Shown here: one piece after another, positions 1 through 32,090 of the stretch | Position numbering within the stretch: the first letter of the stretch is position 1 | Layout: each line of letters begins with the position of its first letter | NCBI RefSeq assembly: GCF_018350175.1 | Contig: NC_058375.1 | Span: 35,216,001-35,280,000 of the forward strand | Origin: Felis catus | Lineage: Eukaryota | Direction: 5' to 3' | DNA: 64,000 nucleotides | Position numbers and translations under genes: made by a program | The notes under the pieces: model-generated | Told to the model about the DNA's origin: nothing | What the model saw: the letters and a program-made list of their open reading frames with translations, nothing else | The model's database searches: none

Positions 1-113
1 AGATCAGGCCCCCACCCCAGACCTACCAAGTCAGAAACTAGGGGTGGGACCCAGACGTCTGAGCTTAACAATCTAAGGATGATTTTGATGCAGGCTAAAT
101 TGAGAAACACGGG
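1..113. mobile_element. MER5A-like hAT-Charlie DNA transposon fragment
   Basis: CCCCACCCCAGACCTAC...TCAGAAACT...GATTTTGATGCAGGCTAAATTGAGAAACAC resembles the MER5A consensus as I recall it. Confidence 0.6.
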
Positions 114-359
114 ACAGCAGCTCTCTAAAGTTTGGAGATTATAGTGAGCAAGAAGTTGAGAGATAGGGTGCCTGGGTGGGTCAGTTGGTTAAGGGTCCAA
201 CTCTTGATTTCAGCTCAGGTCATGATCTCCAGGTTTATGGGTTTGAGCCCTGTATCGGGTTCTACACTGACAGTACAGAGCCTACTTGGGATTCTCTCTC
301 TCTCCCTCTCTCACTCAAAATAAGTAAACTAAAAAATTAAATTTTAAAAAAAGTTAAGA

Positions 360-960
360 GCCAATTTAGGACGTTGAGCAGTAAAGCAGAGATAAATAAA
401 TGATGGCCCAGAGTACCCAAGGGATGAGCCTCCGGTGAGGAGAAGAAAACAACCGGGAGAGGACCCTGGAGAACAGTGGCCTAGAGGAGTGGAGCAGCTG
501 GCGCAATTAGGAAGGTTGGCTGAAAACCAGGAGTGAGACAGCACAGAAACCAAGGGCAGGAAAGAAGTTTCAGGAAGGGAGTGGTCAGTTCTGTCCAGTG
601 AGTGAGATGGGGGCTGCAAACTCCATGGGCTTCAACAGTCAGGGCACTTGCTGGTGACCTGGCCAGAGCTATTTCCAGGGAGTGGGGCACAGTGGCAGCA
701 GGACTGCGGGGAGGTGGCGAGGGGTGGGGAGGTGGAGGTGGTGGTGGAGGATACGGGCAGACAGGGCAGATGGTACAGGCAACTCTACTGAGAAGATTGA
801 CCCTGAAAAATTAAAGAGAGGCTGTTTCTGGAAGGGCGGCAGATCCAAGGCTAGCTCTCAGCCTCCCTCGGGAAGGTGAGCACCGTGTTGAACACATTTC
901 CTCGCTGACGGGAAGGCGCCAGTACAGGGACAGAGTGCCTGTCCAGAAGACTGGAATTAA
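360..960 (-). mobile_element. Degenerate LINE-2 fragment
   Basis: Purine-rich sequence with L2-like motifs (GGTGACCTGGCCAGAGCTATTTCCAGGGAGTGG). Confidence 0.5.
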
Positions 961-1725
961 ACAATGTGGGGAGGGGTGAGGATGGTGGTCCCCCTTAGGT
1001 GAGAGGAAGGACCCGGACCCCTGACTGTGTCACCCCAGCGGCAGGGGGGAGGAGGCATGCAGGTAAACACCACAATGACTAAGGTCCCTGGAGCCGAGCG
1101 CTCCCCAGCGCTTCTCCTCTGCTCTTGCTCTCCACCTTCTTCCACCTTTCGGCATCTGGTCCAGCCCCAACCTTCCACCGCTCAGCATCTCCCCTGGAGC
1201 GGCTGGGAAAATCAGACAACTGAGCCACAGCCCTGATGAAGGCCCCACTCCTACTTGCCAGGTCTCTTGGCTCGGTTTCCCCAAGCCCAAGGCCCCCACT
1301 TTATACCCTCTTCTCTCATGGGAACCGTCCCACACTTTCCCCCAATCTCTCTCAGGAGACAACCTCACAAAAGAACTCCCTGAGAAGGCAGAAGCCGTTT
1401 GCCTTCTCTCCGCCACCCCCCCGCCCCCCAACCGAGCATCTCTCCCCTGGCATCAGCCCCTCCTCCTACCAAAGGCCCATCCTCCACCAGGGCTTGGGGC
1501 CCTCCTCCAACCCCACGAGGACAGCGGGACTTCCACCAACCCCTTAGCGGACAGACGTCTCTCCTCTCTCCCGGGTCCTCCGTGCAGATCCAGTAGGTTC
1601 CATTTTCTCTCAGCTGAAAAAGAAAGGGAGAAGGAGGGAGAGAGGGAGGTAGACCTCACATCACCCTCCAACCGCATTCTCCTTTTGGAATGTAGTGAGA
1701 ACCACAACAAAACAAATTTATTCCA

Positions 1726-4700
1726 GGGCGCCTGGGTGGCTCAGTCCGTTAAAAGTGCCCGACTCTCAGTTTCAGTTCGGGTCATGATCTCACAGTTTGG
1801 TGAGTTCGAGCCCCGCCGCATTGGGCTCTGAGCTGCCGGTGTGGGGCCTGCTTGGGGCTCGCTTTCTCTCTCTGTCTCTCTCTGCCCCTCCTGTACTCAC
1901 GCTGTCGCTGTCTCTCTTAAATACACTAAAAAAAAAATCTTTTTTTAAATTTATCTTGTGTTTTGTTTTAGAAAAAATTTTTTTTAATTTTTTTAAATGT
2001 ATATTTATTTTTGAGAGACAGAGAGAGCGTGAGCAGTGAGGGGCAGAGAGGGGCGGGGGGAGATACAGAATCAGAAGCAGGCTCCAGGCTCTGGGCTCTG
2101 AGCTGTCAGCACAGAGCCCAACATGGGGCCCCAACTCAGGATCATGATCTGAGCCGAAATTAGACACTTTACCTACTAGCCACCCAGGCACCCCTAAAAA
2201 ATTTTTTAAACAATGCACTGAAAATAATGTAAAAATATATATGTAATAAAATTGCATTGGAAGAGTAAAAAAACAGGTGCCTGGCTGGCTCAGTTGGAGG
2301 AGCATGAGACTCTTGTTCTTGGGGTGGTATATTCCAGCCCCACATTGGGTGTAGAGATTACTTAAACTTTTTTTTCTTTAATTTTTTAAAAAAGTTCCTG
2401 CATGGGGCGCCTGGGTGGCTCAGTCGGTTGAGCGTCCGACTTCGGCTCAGGTCATGATCTCACAGTCCTGAGTTCGGGCCCCGCATCGGGCTCTGTGCTG
2501 ACAGCTCAGAGCCTGGAGCCTGTTTCAGATTCTGTGTCTCCCTCTCTCTCTGCCCCTCCCCTGTTCATCCTCTGTCTCTCTCTGTCTCAAAAATAAATAA
2601 ACGTTAAAAAAAAAATTTTTTTTTTTTAAAAGTTCCTGCAGCCACAAGAGAACATATGGGACTAGTTTCCATTGATTTTCACTTTAAAGAACTTCCACTA
2701 TGGATGCATTTACATCAACTGGTACAATTTTGAATTAATTTTCACACTAGACTTTTAAGTTTGTTTATTTAGAAAGAGAGAGAGCACAAGTATGGGAAAG
2801 GCAGAGAGGGAGAATTCCAAGCAGGCTCCACAGGGTCAATGCAGAGCCAGATGTGGGGCTTGAACCCATGAACCCTGAGATCATGACCTGAGCAGGAAGC
2901 AAGGGCCCACACTTAATGGACTGAGCCCCAGGCACCCCTTCACACTAGACTTTTTTAAATGACTCATGTAATTACCTAAATAATGCTTCACAAATCTTGA
3001 AATTGATTCAAACATCAAGTTTTTACTAGGTGAAATAATTTCTACAGTAAAACAGAGTTCTTCGTTTTCTCCTTGTCTCTACTTCCTCATTTCTCATTTT
3101 TATTTTAAAAATTTATCATGGGGGTGTGCCTGGATGGCTCAGTTGGTTAAGCCTCAGACTCCTGATTTTGGTTCAGGACATTATCTCATGGTTCATGAGT
3201 TCAAGCCCGGCTTCCAGCTCTGCATTGACAGTATGGAGCCTGCTTGGGATTCTCTCTGTCTCTCCTCTCTCTCTGCCCCTCCCCCCACTCACGGGGGCTC
3301 ATGTGCACATATGCATGTGTACACACTCTAAATAAGTGAATAAATAATTTAAAAAGTTTGTCTTAGGGGCGCCTAGGTGGCTCAGTCAGTTAAGAGTCCG
3401 ACTTCGGCTCAGGTCATGATCTCATGGATTCATGGGTTCGAGCCCCATGTTGGGCTCTACGCTGACAGCTCGGAGCCTGGAGCCTGCTTCTGATTCTATG
3501 TCTCCCTCTCTCTCTGCCTGTCCCCAGCTCATGCTCTATCTCTCAAAAATAAATAAAGGTAAAAAAAAAAATTTCTTTTTAAGTTTGTCTTAAATTATTT
3601 CTAACTCCACAGAAAAGTATAGAAGACAAAAAAAAAAACCCACACTTGATACTCCCAATTTATTTTATTTTTTTTGATACTCCCAATTTAATAGATAAAA
3701 CATTTCTTCATATGTGCTTTAGATATGCTTGAAAAGGAAAACCTTAATTTCTTTCCTCCATGTTGGAGCCCGTGGAGGCCTGCTGTGGACAGGACTTCTA
3801 AGATGACAACTATGTCTGGAAGGCTGTGGGCCAGGGCCATTTTTGCTGGCTATAAGTAGGGTCTCTGGAACTGAGTGAGCACACAGCTCTTCTGAAAATC
3901 AAAAGCATTTATGCTAGAGACAAAATTAAATTCTATCTGGGCAAGATTATGTGTACAAAGCAAAGAAGGACACAGTGACTCCTGGTGGCAAACAAAACAA
4001 AATCTGAATAATCTAGGGAAAGAGGGAAAGGATAATTTGCACCTGTGGAAACAGTGGCATAGTTCATGCCAAATTCCAAAGCAATATTCCTGCTATGGCC
4101 ATTGGACACAGAATCCAGGTTATGTTTTACTCGTTAAGGATTTAAACTTATTGAGAAGCGGGGTGCCTAGGTGGCTCAGTCAGTTGGTCATCCGTCTTCA
4201 GCTCAGGTCATGATCTCATGGTCCGTGAGTTCAAGCCCTGCATCGGGCTCTGTGCTGACAGAGCCTGCAGCCTGCTCCAGATTCTATGTCTCCCTCTCTC
4301 TCTGCCCCTCCCCATCTCACACTCTGTCTCTCTCTCACTCTCAAAAATAAATAAACATTTTAAAAAATGGGGGGGGGGGACCTGGGTGGCTCAGTCGGTT
4401 AAGCGGCCGACTTTGGCTCAGGTCATGATCTCACAGTTCGTGAGTTCGAGCCCCGCATCAGGCTCTGTGCTGACAGCTCAGAGCCTGGAGCCTGCTTTGG
4501 ATTCTGTCTCCCTCTCTCTCTGCCCCTCCCCCACTCACACTCTGTCCTCTCTCTCTCTCTCTCAAAAATAAACATTAAAAAAATTTTGTTTTAACTTATT
4601 GACAAGTAAAGTGTGGATCTGTTCTCTTGTATTTAAAAAGGGCAAGAGGAGGGGTTCCTGGGTGGCTCAGTGGATTAAAAGTCCCACTTCGGCTCAGATC

Positions 4701-4860
4701 ATCTCAAGGTTCATGGGTTCAAGCTCTGTGTAGGGCTCTGTGCTGACAGCTTGGAGCCTGGAACCTGCTTCAGATTCTGTGTCTCCCTCTGTCTCTGCCC
4801 TTCCCCTGCTCATGCTCTGTCTCTGTCTCTGAAAAATAAATACACATTTTTAAAAATGTT
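1726..4860. mobile_element. Cluster of about 10 CAN-SINEs in both orientations
   Basis: Repeated GGGGCGCCTGGGTGGCTCAGTCGGTT heads with A/B boxes, (CT)n tracts and AATAAA/poly(A) tails near 1726+, 1990-, 2275+, 2404+, 2760-, 3120+, 3366+, 4160+, 4376+ and 4651+. Confidence 0.9.
3750..4640 (+). pseudogene. Processed pseudogene of ribosomal protein L35a (RPL35A-like), with SINEs inserted in its 3' UTR
   Basis: Intronless remnant from ATG 3812 to TAA 4145 reads [83 protein letters not shown], with stops and frameshifts. It has a pyrimidine-rich 5' UTR-like leader. The 3' UTR resumes at about 4600 after two SINEs flanked by a TTAACTTATTGA(G/C)AAG-type duplication. Confidence 0.9.
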
Positions 4861-5027
4861 TATAAAAGGGGAGGCTGGGGGAGGGCTTACATATAACAAC
4901 TTATCTCTGAATGAATACATTTCTTTTTTAAATCTCTTTTTCACAGATTTCTGCCTTTTTCCTCCATCTTTTATTTCTTTGAATCTCAACTTTGCAGCTT
5001 TTTCCCAAATTATTGAACAAAGTATTT

Positions 5028-5555
5028 GTTAAGAATGTTTTCAGCTACAGGTTAAAGAACGTGAATAAAGATGGCTTAAACAAACAAGTGGGCTTTGTTT
5101 TGTTTTGTATTTACACAAGGAGTCTTGGTGTAGGTGGTGGCTGGCTTTGATTCAACAGCTCAGCCATCAGGAACATGGGTTTGGCCTCTTCTTTCTTTCC
5201 TACCTGGCTGCCCTGTGTTGGATTTTTGATCTCATGGACTGTCAAACTACTTCATGATCACAAGGCAGCTGTCACAACTCCAGAGTATCAATGTCAAAGG
5301 CAAGAAAAAGGGGGATGAGATGTTACAAGCAAAGCATCCTTCATGTCATCTCATTCCTATTAGAAAACAACATTTCCTGCCCAGAAGCCCCCAGAACATT
5401 CCTGCTTATATCTCATTGGCCAGGACCGTGTCACATGGCCAGTTCCAATTGCCTGGGAATCTAGGAAAGCAGGTATTTTCCAGGCTCTAATGTAGACATG
5501 AATAAGGAAGCTGGGAATAGCTGTTGGATTAGCCACCAAGAGTGTGTGTGTCACA
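5028..5555. mobile_element. Old MaLR (MLT1J/K-like) LTR
   Basis: Motifs GATGGCTTAAACAA and TCTCATTGGCCAGGACCGTGTCACATGGCC are typical of MLT1 LTRs. Confidence 0.55.
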
Positions 5556-6932
5556 AACAACTGGCTCATCTGTTTTCAGTCTTCCTTGTTTTCTTTAACC
5601 CTTCCTGATGCCTTTGGGGTGAATCCTCACCCTGATGTGGTTGCTCATTGTTTCATTTTGGCTATAACCATTCTGCTCTTCAATCCATGTATGGATTTCA
5701 GCTATTAAAGTTTTCATAACCAGTATTTCCATCTGATTCTTCCTGTTAGTTCCTGCCTTAGGTTAACAATATCCTCTCTTATCTTTTGAGGATATTTATT
5801 AAGCTTATTTTAAACTCAATCAGGTCTAGTAAGTCGGCCTCATCTATTATTAGTTTCTCAGTTTGTTTTTCTTTTATTGCAAATGTGTTCCCCTTTGAGT
5901 TCCTATTACTTTGGGTATGTCAGTGAACTTGGCAGGGGAAGGCTAACATCCAGACTGTAGGATACGAAGAAGAAGGGGAGAAGTAATATTTCAGGTCCAC
6001 TGGTCTAGCCCTAGCCAGGACGGAGTACTTGATAGGGCTGCTGGCTTCCTGCCTCATGCATAGTAATGAGGCAGGTAAAGATTCACTCAGGGCCCTGGGG
6101 AGTGGGGGCACAGAGGGAAGGGCAGTGGAGAGCACAACTGAAAACTCTCCCTTGGCTGCACCCTCATCTCAAAGCACCTGACCCTCTTCCACTCTGGCTG
6201 CCAGTCAGAATCTCTCCACAACTGGCCCCAACCACCCTCTGTCTCCTCATGGATGATTTCTCAGTTGTTGTTGCTATTGTTTTTAATGGTTTTATTTATT
6301 TATTTTTGAGGGGGGAGCAGAGGGGGGTGGACAGAGGATCCAAAGTGGGCTCTGTGCTGACAGCAGAGAGCCCAACGCAGGGCTGGAACTCGTGATTGTG
6401 AGATCATGAACCGAGCCAAAGTTGGACACTTAACCAAGTGAGCTACCCAGGCACCCTGAATTTCTCAGTTTTTACCTTAGTTTCTCAAATACTCAACCCC
6501 TTTTCACTTCTGTATCTTCTTCTTCTTCTTTGTTGCTGTTAAATAGAAATTTTTGAGCAAACACAAGTTAAGTGCAAGGACACCATTTCCATCACCCAGC
6601 ACCCATGATCATCAATTAATGGCCACTATTATTTTCTACATCTCCACCCCTCACCGCTGGCCTGCTGGATTATTGGATTATTTCAAAACAAATCTCAGAC
6701 TTTCATTTCTGAGGCATCTTCAAGTTTTGGCAGAAGGAACTACCACTATCAGTCTAGATTATTTCAGCATCTTATCTGCCCCATTTAATAATTTCCCCCA
6801 CCTTTATTATGAAAAATTACATACAGACAATAAAGTTGAAGGACTAGTACAGCAACCACTTGTATACCCACCAACCTGATTCAACATCTTTTAACATTGT
6901 GGTATCTCATCTTTAGCTTGTTTGTATGTTAC

Positions 6933-7441
6933 TGTAGGGGAAGAAAAATATTTTTTTCCCTCTACCCTTCTGGGTTCTCAATTGGGGCTCTGTAACAAAA
7001 GATTAACAAGAGAAAAGCAGACAGAAGTTCATTAACATGTGTGTCTCCTGAATACCTGGGAGATTGTAGGGATGAATAACTCAAAGAGGTGGCCTGAACT
7101 TGGGCTTATATAGTATCTTCAGCAAAGAATGATACATTTGTAGAGAAATAATAGGACAAAGGAAAATGGCTTTAGGCTCCAAGGACAGGAAACTGTGGGA
7201 AGATAAATATACGGGAGATTAATGGGGTAAGGTTTGTTTGCAGATTCCTCTGATGCCATCACTGGGTGGATAAGAGTCTAGAGTCCTCTCCAGTAAAGGA
7301 AAATTTATATTCTGCCTGTAGGCAGAAAGGGGGAGGGTAGAGAACTTTTCCTGTATATGCTGCTTCATAATTGGCTTCAACTCAAAAGAATTCTTATGTC
7401 AAACAGGCATATTTTAAGGTGACATATCCTGGTTTTCTTCA
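6933..7441 (-). mobile_element. ERV1 (MER34-like) solo LTR
   Basis: TG...CA termini; the minus strand begins TGAAGAAAACCAGGATATGTCACCTTAAAATATGCC. Flanks TTAC/TTAT are a near 4-bp TSD, and the start resembles the LTR at 52743. Confidence 0.7.
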
Positions 7442-7699
7442 TTATTTTTTCTGAACCCTGTGAAAGTTGCAAACATCATGACTCTTTAGCTCTAAGTATT
7501 TCAGCATGCATCTCCCACAAATAAGAACATTCTCGCACATAATCATGGTATCATTATTATGCGTAAGTAAATTAGAAATAATTCCCTAAAATCTTTCTTA
7601 CCTATTCCATACTCAAATTTCCCCAGTTACTCCCAATTTTTTTTTAAGTGTGTTTATTTATTTTGAGAGAGACAGAGACAGCACAAGTGGGAGAGGGGC

Positions 7700-7730
<31 letters not shown>

Positions 7731-9439
7731 CAGAGAATCCCAAGCAGGCTCCACCTTGTCAGTACGGACCCCAACATGGGGCTTGAACTCATTAAACCAT
7801 GAGATCACGACCTGAGCCAAAACCAAGAATCAGACACATAACCTATTGAGCTAACCAGGTGCTCCCTCCCAATTTTTTTTTTTAACCATGATGCAGTCAA
7901 GATTCATGCTTTACGTTTGGCTCTTGTTTGGATTATCTTTTAATCTAGAACAGTCTTTGTACTTTTTTTCTCCGTAGGAACTTTTTAAAGAGACCCCCAG
8001 GTCAAATACCTTGTAAAATATCCTGCATTCTAAATGCGCCTCATTATTCCTCCTGGTATTGTCCAATTTGTTCCCTCAGCCCCTGCATTTCCTGGAAGCA
8101 GGAAGTTAAGTCTAGGGGCTAGACTGGATTTAGGTTACACATTTTTGGCATTATTGTCTCCTGGATAATGTTATATACTTCATATTATATCCAATGAGAA
8201 GACACATAATGTCAGGTCACCCCATGACTAGTGATGCTAAGTTTGATCACTTGGGTGCAGTAGTGACTGTCACATCTTCCACTCAAAGGTATGCTTTGCC
8301 TTTGCAAACTGTTAATTCAAATTATCTGTGGAGCAATACTCTGGCATCCTGCAAACATCTTACATACTCAGTAACCTTTCACCTATGGTCCACTAAATCA
8401 TTTATCTCATTGGGAGTTGCAACATAGTTCCAGAGTTGTTGTTTTTTTAATTCAGTGCCCATATTTTAAAAAGTTTTCTGTTCTGTTTCTTTTTATATAT
8501 TGCTCTATGCTTTCACAATGATTTATTTATTTTTTTAAAGATTTTTTTTTTAAGTAATCTCCACACCAAACATGGGGCTGGAACTCATGACCCCGAGACC
8601 AAGACTTGTGTGCTCTACCAACTGAGCCAGCCGGCACCCCCACAATGATTTGTTAATTTTCTTTCTTTTTGATATTAAGCATACCAATTTTATAGACTCT
8701 GACTGTTTTATTACTAGTTCAAGGAGGGGAGGGCTTTTTTTTTTTTCTATCTTGGTAATGTGTCTGTGGTAATATGCTAGATTCCCTGACATATGTGTCC
8801 CTAATCTTTGTTTTCTAAGGTCCTAGAAGTTTCATTATTCTCAGAACATGGGCCTCTCCAGGGTCAGCTGCCCTTGCTGCTCTGACATCTCTCTTCCTTT
8901 TTGGCACAAAAGAAATTTTTGACTTTGGGGACTTTGAGTTTCCTGTGGGTTTTACTATTTTTGGACCACTCCATGTTAATTTCTTGACTTTCCCTTTGTA
9001 CAACAGGAGGGGAGGAGTTTTATTACCCATGTGAGGCCAGGAAAAATTCACTGGATCTGCCCAAGGTTGAGGAACTGGAAATAAACCCTCCTGAAAAAAC
9101 CCATGTGCCCCAAGGGTTCCACATAGGCCTTGAGAAGCATCCAGGAAGTTTGCAACTACCTGGACCCACATGTAGAAAAATAAAAAAAGGTAGGGATGGG
9201 TCCAAATTTACATCAGCTTCCTAACACAGGAAGTACAGAAAATAACATAATGACCACTCATGTATATGCATGACTCATGTAAAAAAATAAAATTTTTATT
9301 TTGTTGCTGTACCCTCTCCAATTGCATTACCTGCTCTGCCAGAGGCAAATGCTCTCCTAAATCTTAGTATTTATCACTGAATATATCTTTTTTTTTTTTT
9401 ACATACGCATGTATCCCTAAGCAATATCCTACTTCTACT

Positions 9440-10790
9440 CTCTCTAGTCTGACTCTCACCCTCACTACTTCACCAAGACTGTTCAAAGTCACCAATGACT
9501 TAAGTGCTAGCAAATTCAAAGGATACTGAAAAGATATTTCTACGTCCTCTTCTTACCTACCCTTTCCACAGCTCTCCTGATACTTCCTCCTTCTTCAGTC
9601 CTTCCTAGGCTTCTACTCCCTGGTTTTCCTCACCCCTCAAACCACCCTAATCTCATCTTTGCTGCTGCTCCTCCTCTGCCCTACCTCAAAATGTTGGTGT
9701 GTCCCATGGTTTAATTATGTTCTTTTAGATCTCATTCAGTTCCAGGACAGCAAATACATATACAGAAATCCATCCACATAAAATGGCCACCCAATCTCTG
9801 TCTCTGGCCTTGATCTCTCCCTGAGCTCTTAGCTTGCATATTCACTGCTCACTTGACACCTACACTCTAAAGTCTTGCAGACATCTCAGACTCAACATGA
9901 CCAAAATGAAACCCTTGACTTACTCCCCATAAACACACCTGTTTCTTTCACAACCCGACTCTCCTATTTCAGGAAATAGTTCATCATCTACCTACCCAAT
10001 TGCTCTGGCCAGAAACCAGAAGTCAGGCATGATTACCCCTTTTCCTTCACCCCCATCTCCAACTCTTCGGCAAAACCCATTCATTCCATCTCCCAAACTT
10101 TAAGTCATTCTCTTAGTTACATTTCCATTATCGCTACCCCAGGCTAGGGCAGCATAATCCTTGCCCACTAAATAGTCTCACTTCATCTTCCCCCATCAGA
10201 TCAGTTCTCCATACATCAGCCAGTCTGATAATATCAATCAAATCAAATGTAACTCAGATCTTGTCACTCCTCTGCTTAAAATTATTCAATGACTTCTCAT
10301 CCGAATAAAAGCCAAAATTATTACTATTGGCTAGAATATGCTACATGTTCTCACCCCACTGCCCCTCTTCTCTTGCTTTCCAGCCACACTAGCTTCTTTC
10401 AGTTCTTCAAACAAGGTCAAATTCTTTACTGCCGCAGGGCCTCTGCACACACCATCCTTAGATCTTAGCCTGGGAGGCTCCCCACCTTCCTGCCCTCCAT
10501 TTTGACAGTTTGTTCCTTTTTGTTCTCTGGACGCAGGTTAAATATCACTTCAAAGATTTCTTCCCTGGGCACTTTATCTAAAGTTATCTAAAGTTCCTCC
10601 ATTATTTTCTATCTCAGCTCTTAGTTTCCCTGAGAGCACCTACCACTGCTAATTTGTTACTTCTTTGTATCCCCTGTTCATATTAGAAATGTTAGGTCAA
10701 AGACGGCAAGAATTATGCCTTGTTCACTATTACTGTCTTTAGCACCCAGGTACCATGCCTACCACGTGGTAGACAATAAATATCCAGGTA
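9440..10790 (+). mobile_element. LINE-2 3' region remnants
   Basis: Pyrimidine-rich L2 motifs (AAAGTCACCAATGAC, CTCAACATGACCAAAATGAAAC), ending GTAGACAATAAATATCC. Confidence 0.6.
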
Positions 10791-11163
10791 ATCTGTGTCT
10801 CCCAGGCACTTGAAACATAGTTCCTCATTTAAACTTCGCAGTAACTCCGTGAGGGAAAAAGCATGCTCCTCACTGGGCAAAGGAAACCGAGTCCAGTTTC
10901 TAACCTGCTCAAGATCACTGAGCTAGTAACTGAAGAAGTCGGGATTGGAACCCATGTCTGTAGGGGCCCAACCGCACTCGGTCTCAAACACCATACTGGA
11001 GTTTCTCAGTTTTGGGGAGGTCAGTCGCGCAGCAGGCTCTCAGCAAGACGCCCGGAACAGGCTACCTGCAGCCCGGCGTGCGGGCCAAGCTCCCAGGAGC
11101 CCCAGCGCGCAGGGGTGTGACCAGACGGATGGGCGGTCTTAGGCGCCGGAAAACCGACCGTAG

Positions 11164-11347
11164 ACTACATATCCCAAAAGGCTGCGGAGGGCGCCGCGGA
11201 CTGGCGGTAGCGAGGCCGGCGACAGCGTGATGACGTTCTCAGGGACGCTGGCGCGCGGGATTTAAACTGCGGCGGTTTGCGCGGCGTTAAACCTTCGTAG
11301 GGTTAGCGGAGCTGTGGTTGTTTGTGTTTCGCGTTTCTTTTTCCCGC
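11164..11347 (+). promoter_or_regulatory. KIF2C CpG-rich cell-cycle promoter
   Basis: ACTACATATCCCA (ZNF143/THAP11-type motif) at 11164-11176; CRE-like TGACGT at 11231; GCGCGC-4nt-TTTAAA (CDE/CHR-like) at 11251-11266; E2F-like TTTCCCGC at 11340-11347. Confidence 0.7.
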
Positions 11348-11355
11348 GACTGCCC

Positions 11356-30169
<18,814 letters not shown>

Positions 30170-30177
30170 CGACTGCA

Positions 30178-30183
30178 AATAAA
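30178..30183 (+). terminator. KIF2C proximal poly(A) signal
   Basis: AATAAA 8 nt after the stop codon, followed by GT-rich sequence. Confidence 0.45.
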
Positions 30184-30710
30184 AGATCTGTTTGGTGTCA
30201 CACCCAGCCTCTTCCCCTCCCCAACCTCCCCAGCAAACTTTGGGCACCTGGTGGGTCTAGTCAGGGTCTGAGCTGGAAAAGGCTTTGGTAAACGCCAAGT
30301 ATGGAGGCAGCTGGGGAGAGGGTCAGAGTGACGAGGGACACTTCTCTCCTTTTCTTCGGTTACAGCTCTCCAGGGAGCAAGGGTGGGAAGATAGAGCTTT
30401 TAGTTACTCTGGGTGTTGCCTTTTTCTCCAGGAGGGGAAGACTCTCTGGTAAAGAGTTCCCTTGGGTGTCCTTCTGCCTCTGAGGACTGGCTGCTGGTAA
30501 AGGGCTCCCTGGGGTTATCCTGGCGCTGGGGAGAGGAAAGGAGCCTTTAGTCCAGCTCTCTGCTGGCTCTGGCCTGCCTTCCATGCCCTTGGTTCAGGCA
30601 CCATGTCTTGTACTCTAAAAAAGTTTCTGGGATCTCTTCCTTGCTGTTTTTTGAGGCCCAAGAGGATCCCTGCTGTTTCCTGTTTTACGTGTTTATACAT
30701 TGTGTCTAAC

Positions 30711-30716
30711 AATAAA
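30711..30716 (+). terminator. KIF2C distal poly(A) signal
   Basis: AATAAA about 540 nt after the stop, with U-rich sequence upstream and GT-rich sequence downstream. Confidence 0.75.
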
Positions 30717-32090
30717 GAAAGAGGAAAAAGTCAACCTGTTGACTGGTGTGTGGGAAGGGCTGAGACATGTATGAACCTTCTCGGACTAAGGACAGATATT
30801 ACTGCACCTTTCCATAGTGCTGATTCTGTACTCTACCTAGGAGGCCAAATCCATACCAGCAGTTTCAATGATGTGGTAAAGCTTCCAATCTCTGCTTTGT
30901 TCTGTGCTTACTAGGTCCCAGGTCTTCTGGGAACAGGAGCCATAAGCAGAAAGATGGTGCTTTGTCAGTTACAGTCTTTGCTCAAGACACATTACAGGAT
31001 TCTGTGGCAACACTGACAAGAAAGCACTTGGCTTGCTAGGTGGGAAAGGATCTGATGAGCAATACCAGTTTGGTCTTGAAAAATTAGAAGTTTGCCAGGT
31101 GAACTGAGGAACCAGTCATAGAGCATGGACAGTTGGGAACTGGAAGATTCCAGATTCCTTGCCCTGGAATATGAATTATCAGGGGCGCCTGGGTGGCTCA
31201 GTCGATTGAGCGTCTGACTTCAGCTCAGGTCATGATCTCATGGGTTCGAGCCCCGCCTCGGGTTCTGTGCTGACAGCTCAGAGCCTGGAGCCTGATTCGG
31301 ATTCTGTGTCTCCCTCTCTCTCTGCCCCTAACCCACTCGCATTCTGTCTCTGTCTCTCTAAAAAATAAATAAACACTAAAAAAATAAAAAATAACATTAA
31401 TTATCTAAATAGTAATAAGGTATTAAAAGATTTTTAGCCTAAGTGCCACACAACCAAATGCACATTTTAGAAAGACCTCAGGAAGAAGGGGCACCTAGGT
31501 GGCTCAGTCGGTTAAATGAAGACCTGACCAGACCTGACCCATCTTCTCACTTGGAATGGCATATGAGTCCCTCATGGGACCAGCCAGGGGAATCCTTATA
31601 AGTCATCACCTGCTTCAAACTCTTTTTAAAATTTTTAAAATATTTATTTACTTTGAGAGGTACAGAGAGAGAGGGACAGAGAATCCCAAGCAAGCTCCAC
31701 ACTGGCAGCACAGAGCCCGATATGGGGCCTGATCTCACAAACCGTGAGATCATGATCTGAGCCAAAACCAAGAATCAGATGCTTAACAGACTGAGCCATC
31801 CAGGTGCCCCTCGAACCCTTTAATAATGTCCCTTCGCACAAAAGATAAATTCTGAATGTCCTGCTGTGGCCTGGTCAGCTCCTTCCTCTATTGGTCCAGT
31901 TGGAATGCAGTTTGGGCAGAACACTTAGGAGGTTAAAAGCCTGGCTCCTGAGGCCACCTTAAGTGGGTTGTTTAACCCCTTTGTGCTATTTGTGAAATGA
32001 GGATAATACTGGTATAGAGGTGTTAATATACACACGGTAGTAAGGACAATGTCTAACATTTAATAAGTGCTATATAAGTTCTAGCTAGCT

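Noticed and set aside
3911-4213. 100-aa ORF MLETKLNSIWARL...
   Set aside because: Off-frame reading of the RPL35A pseudogene running into a SINE.
8815-9171. 118-aa minus-strand ORF upstream of KIF2C
   Set aside because: No recognisable homology or splice context, and it sits among old LINE remnants. A BLASTX/Dfam search would settle it.
1-11000. U5 snRNA variant genes or ARMH1 exons expected from human synteny upstream of KIF2C
   Set aside because: I found no U5 loop-1 (GCCTTTTAC) with an Sm site and no recognisable exons; they may lie outside the window.
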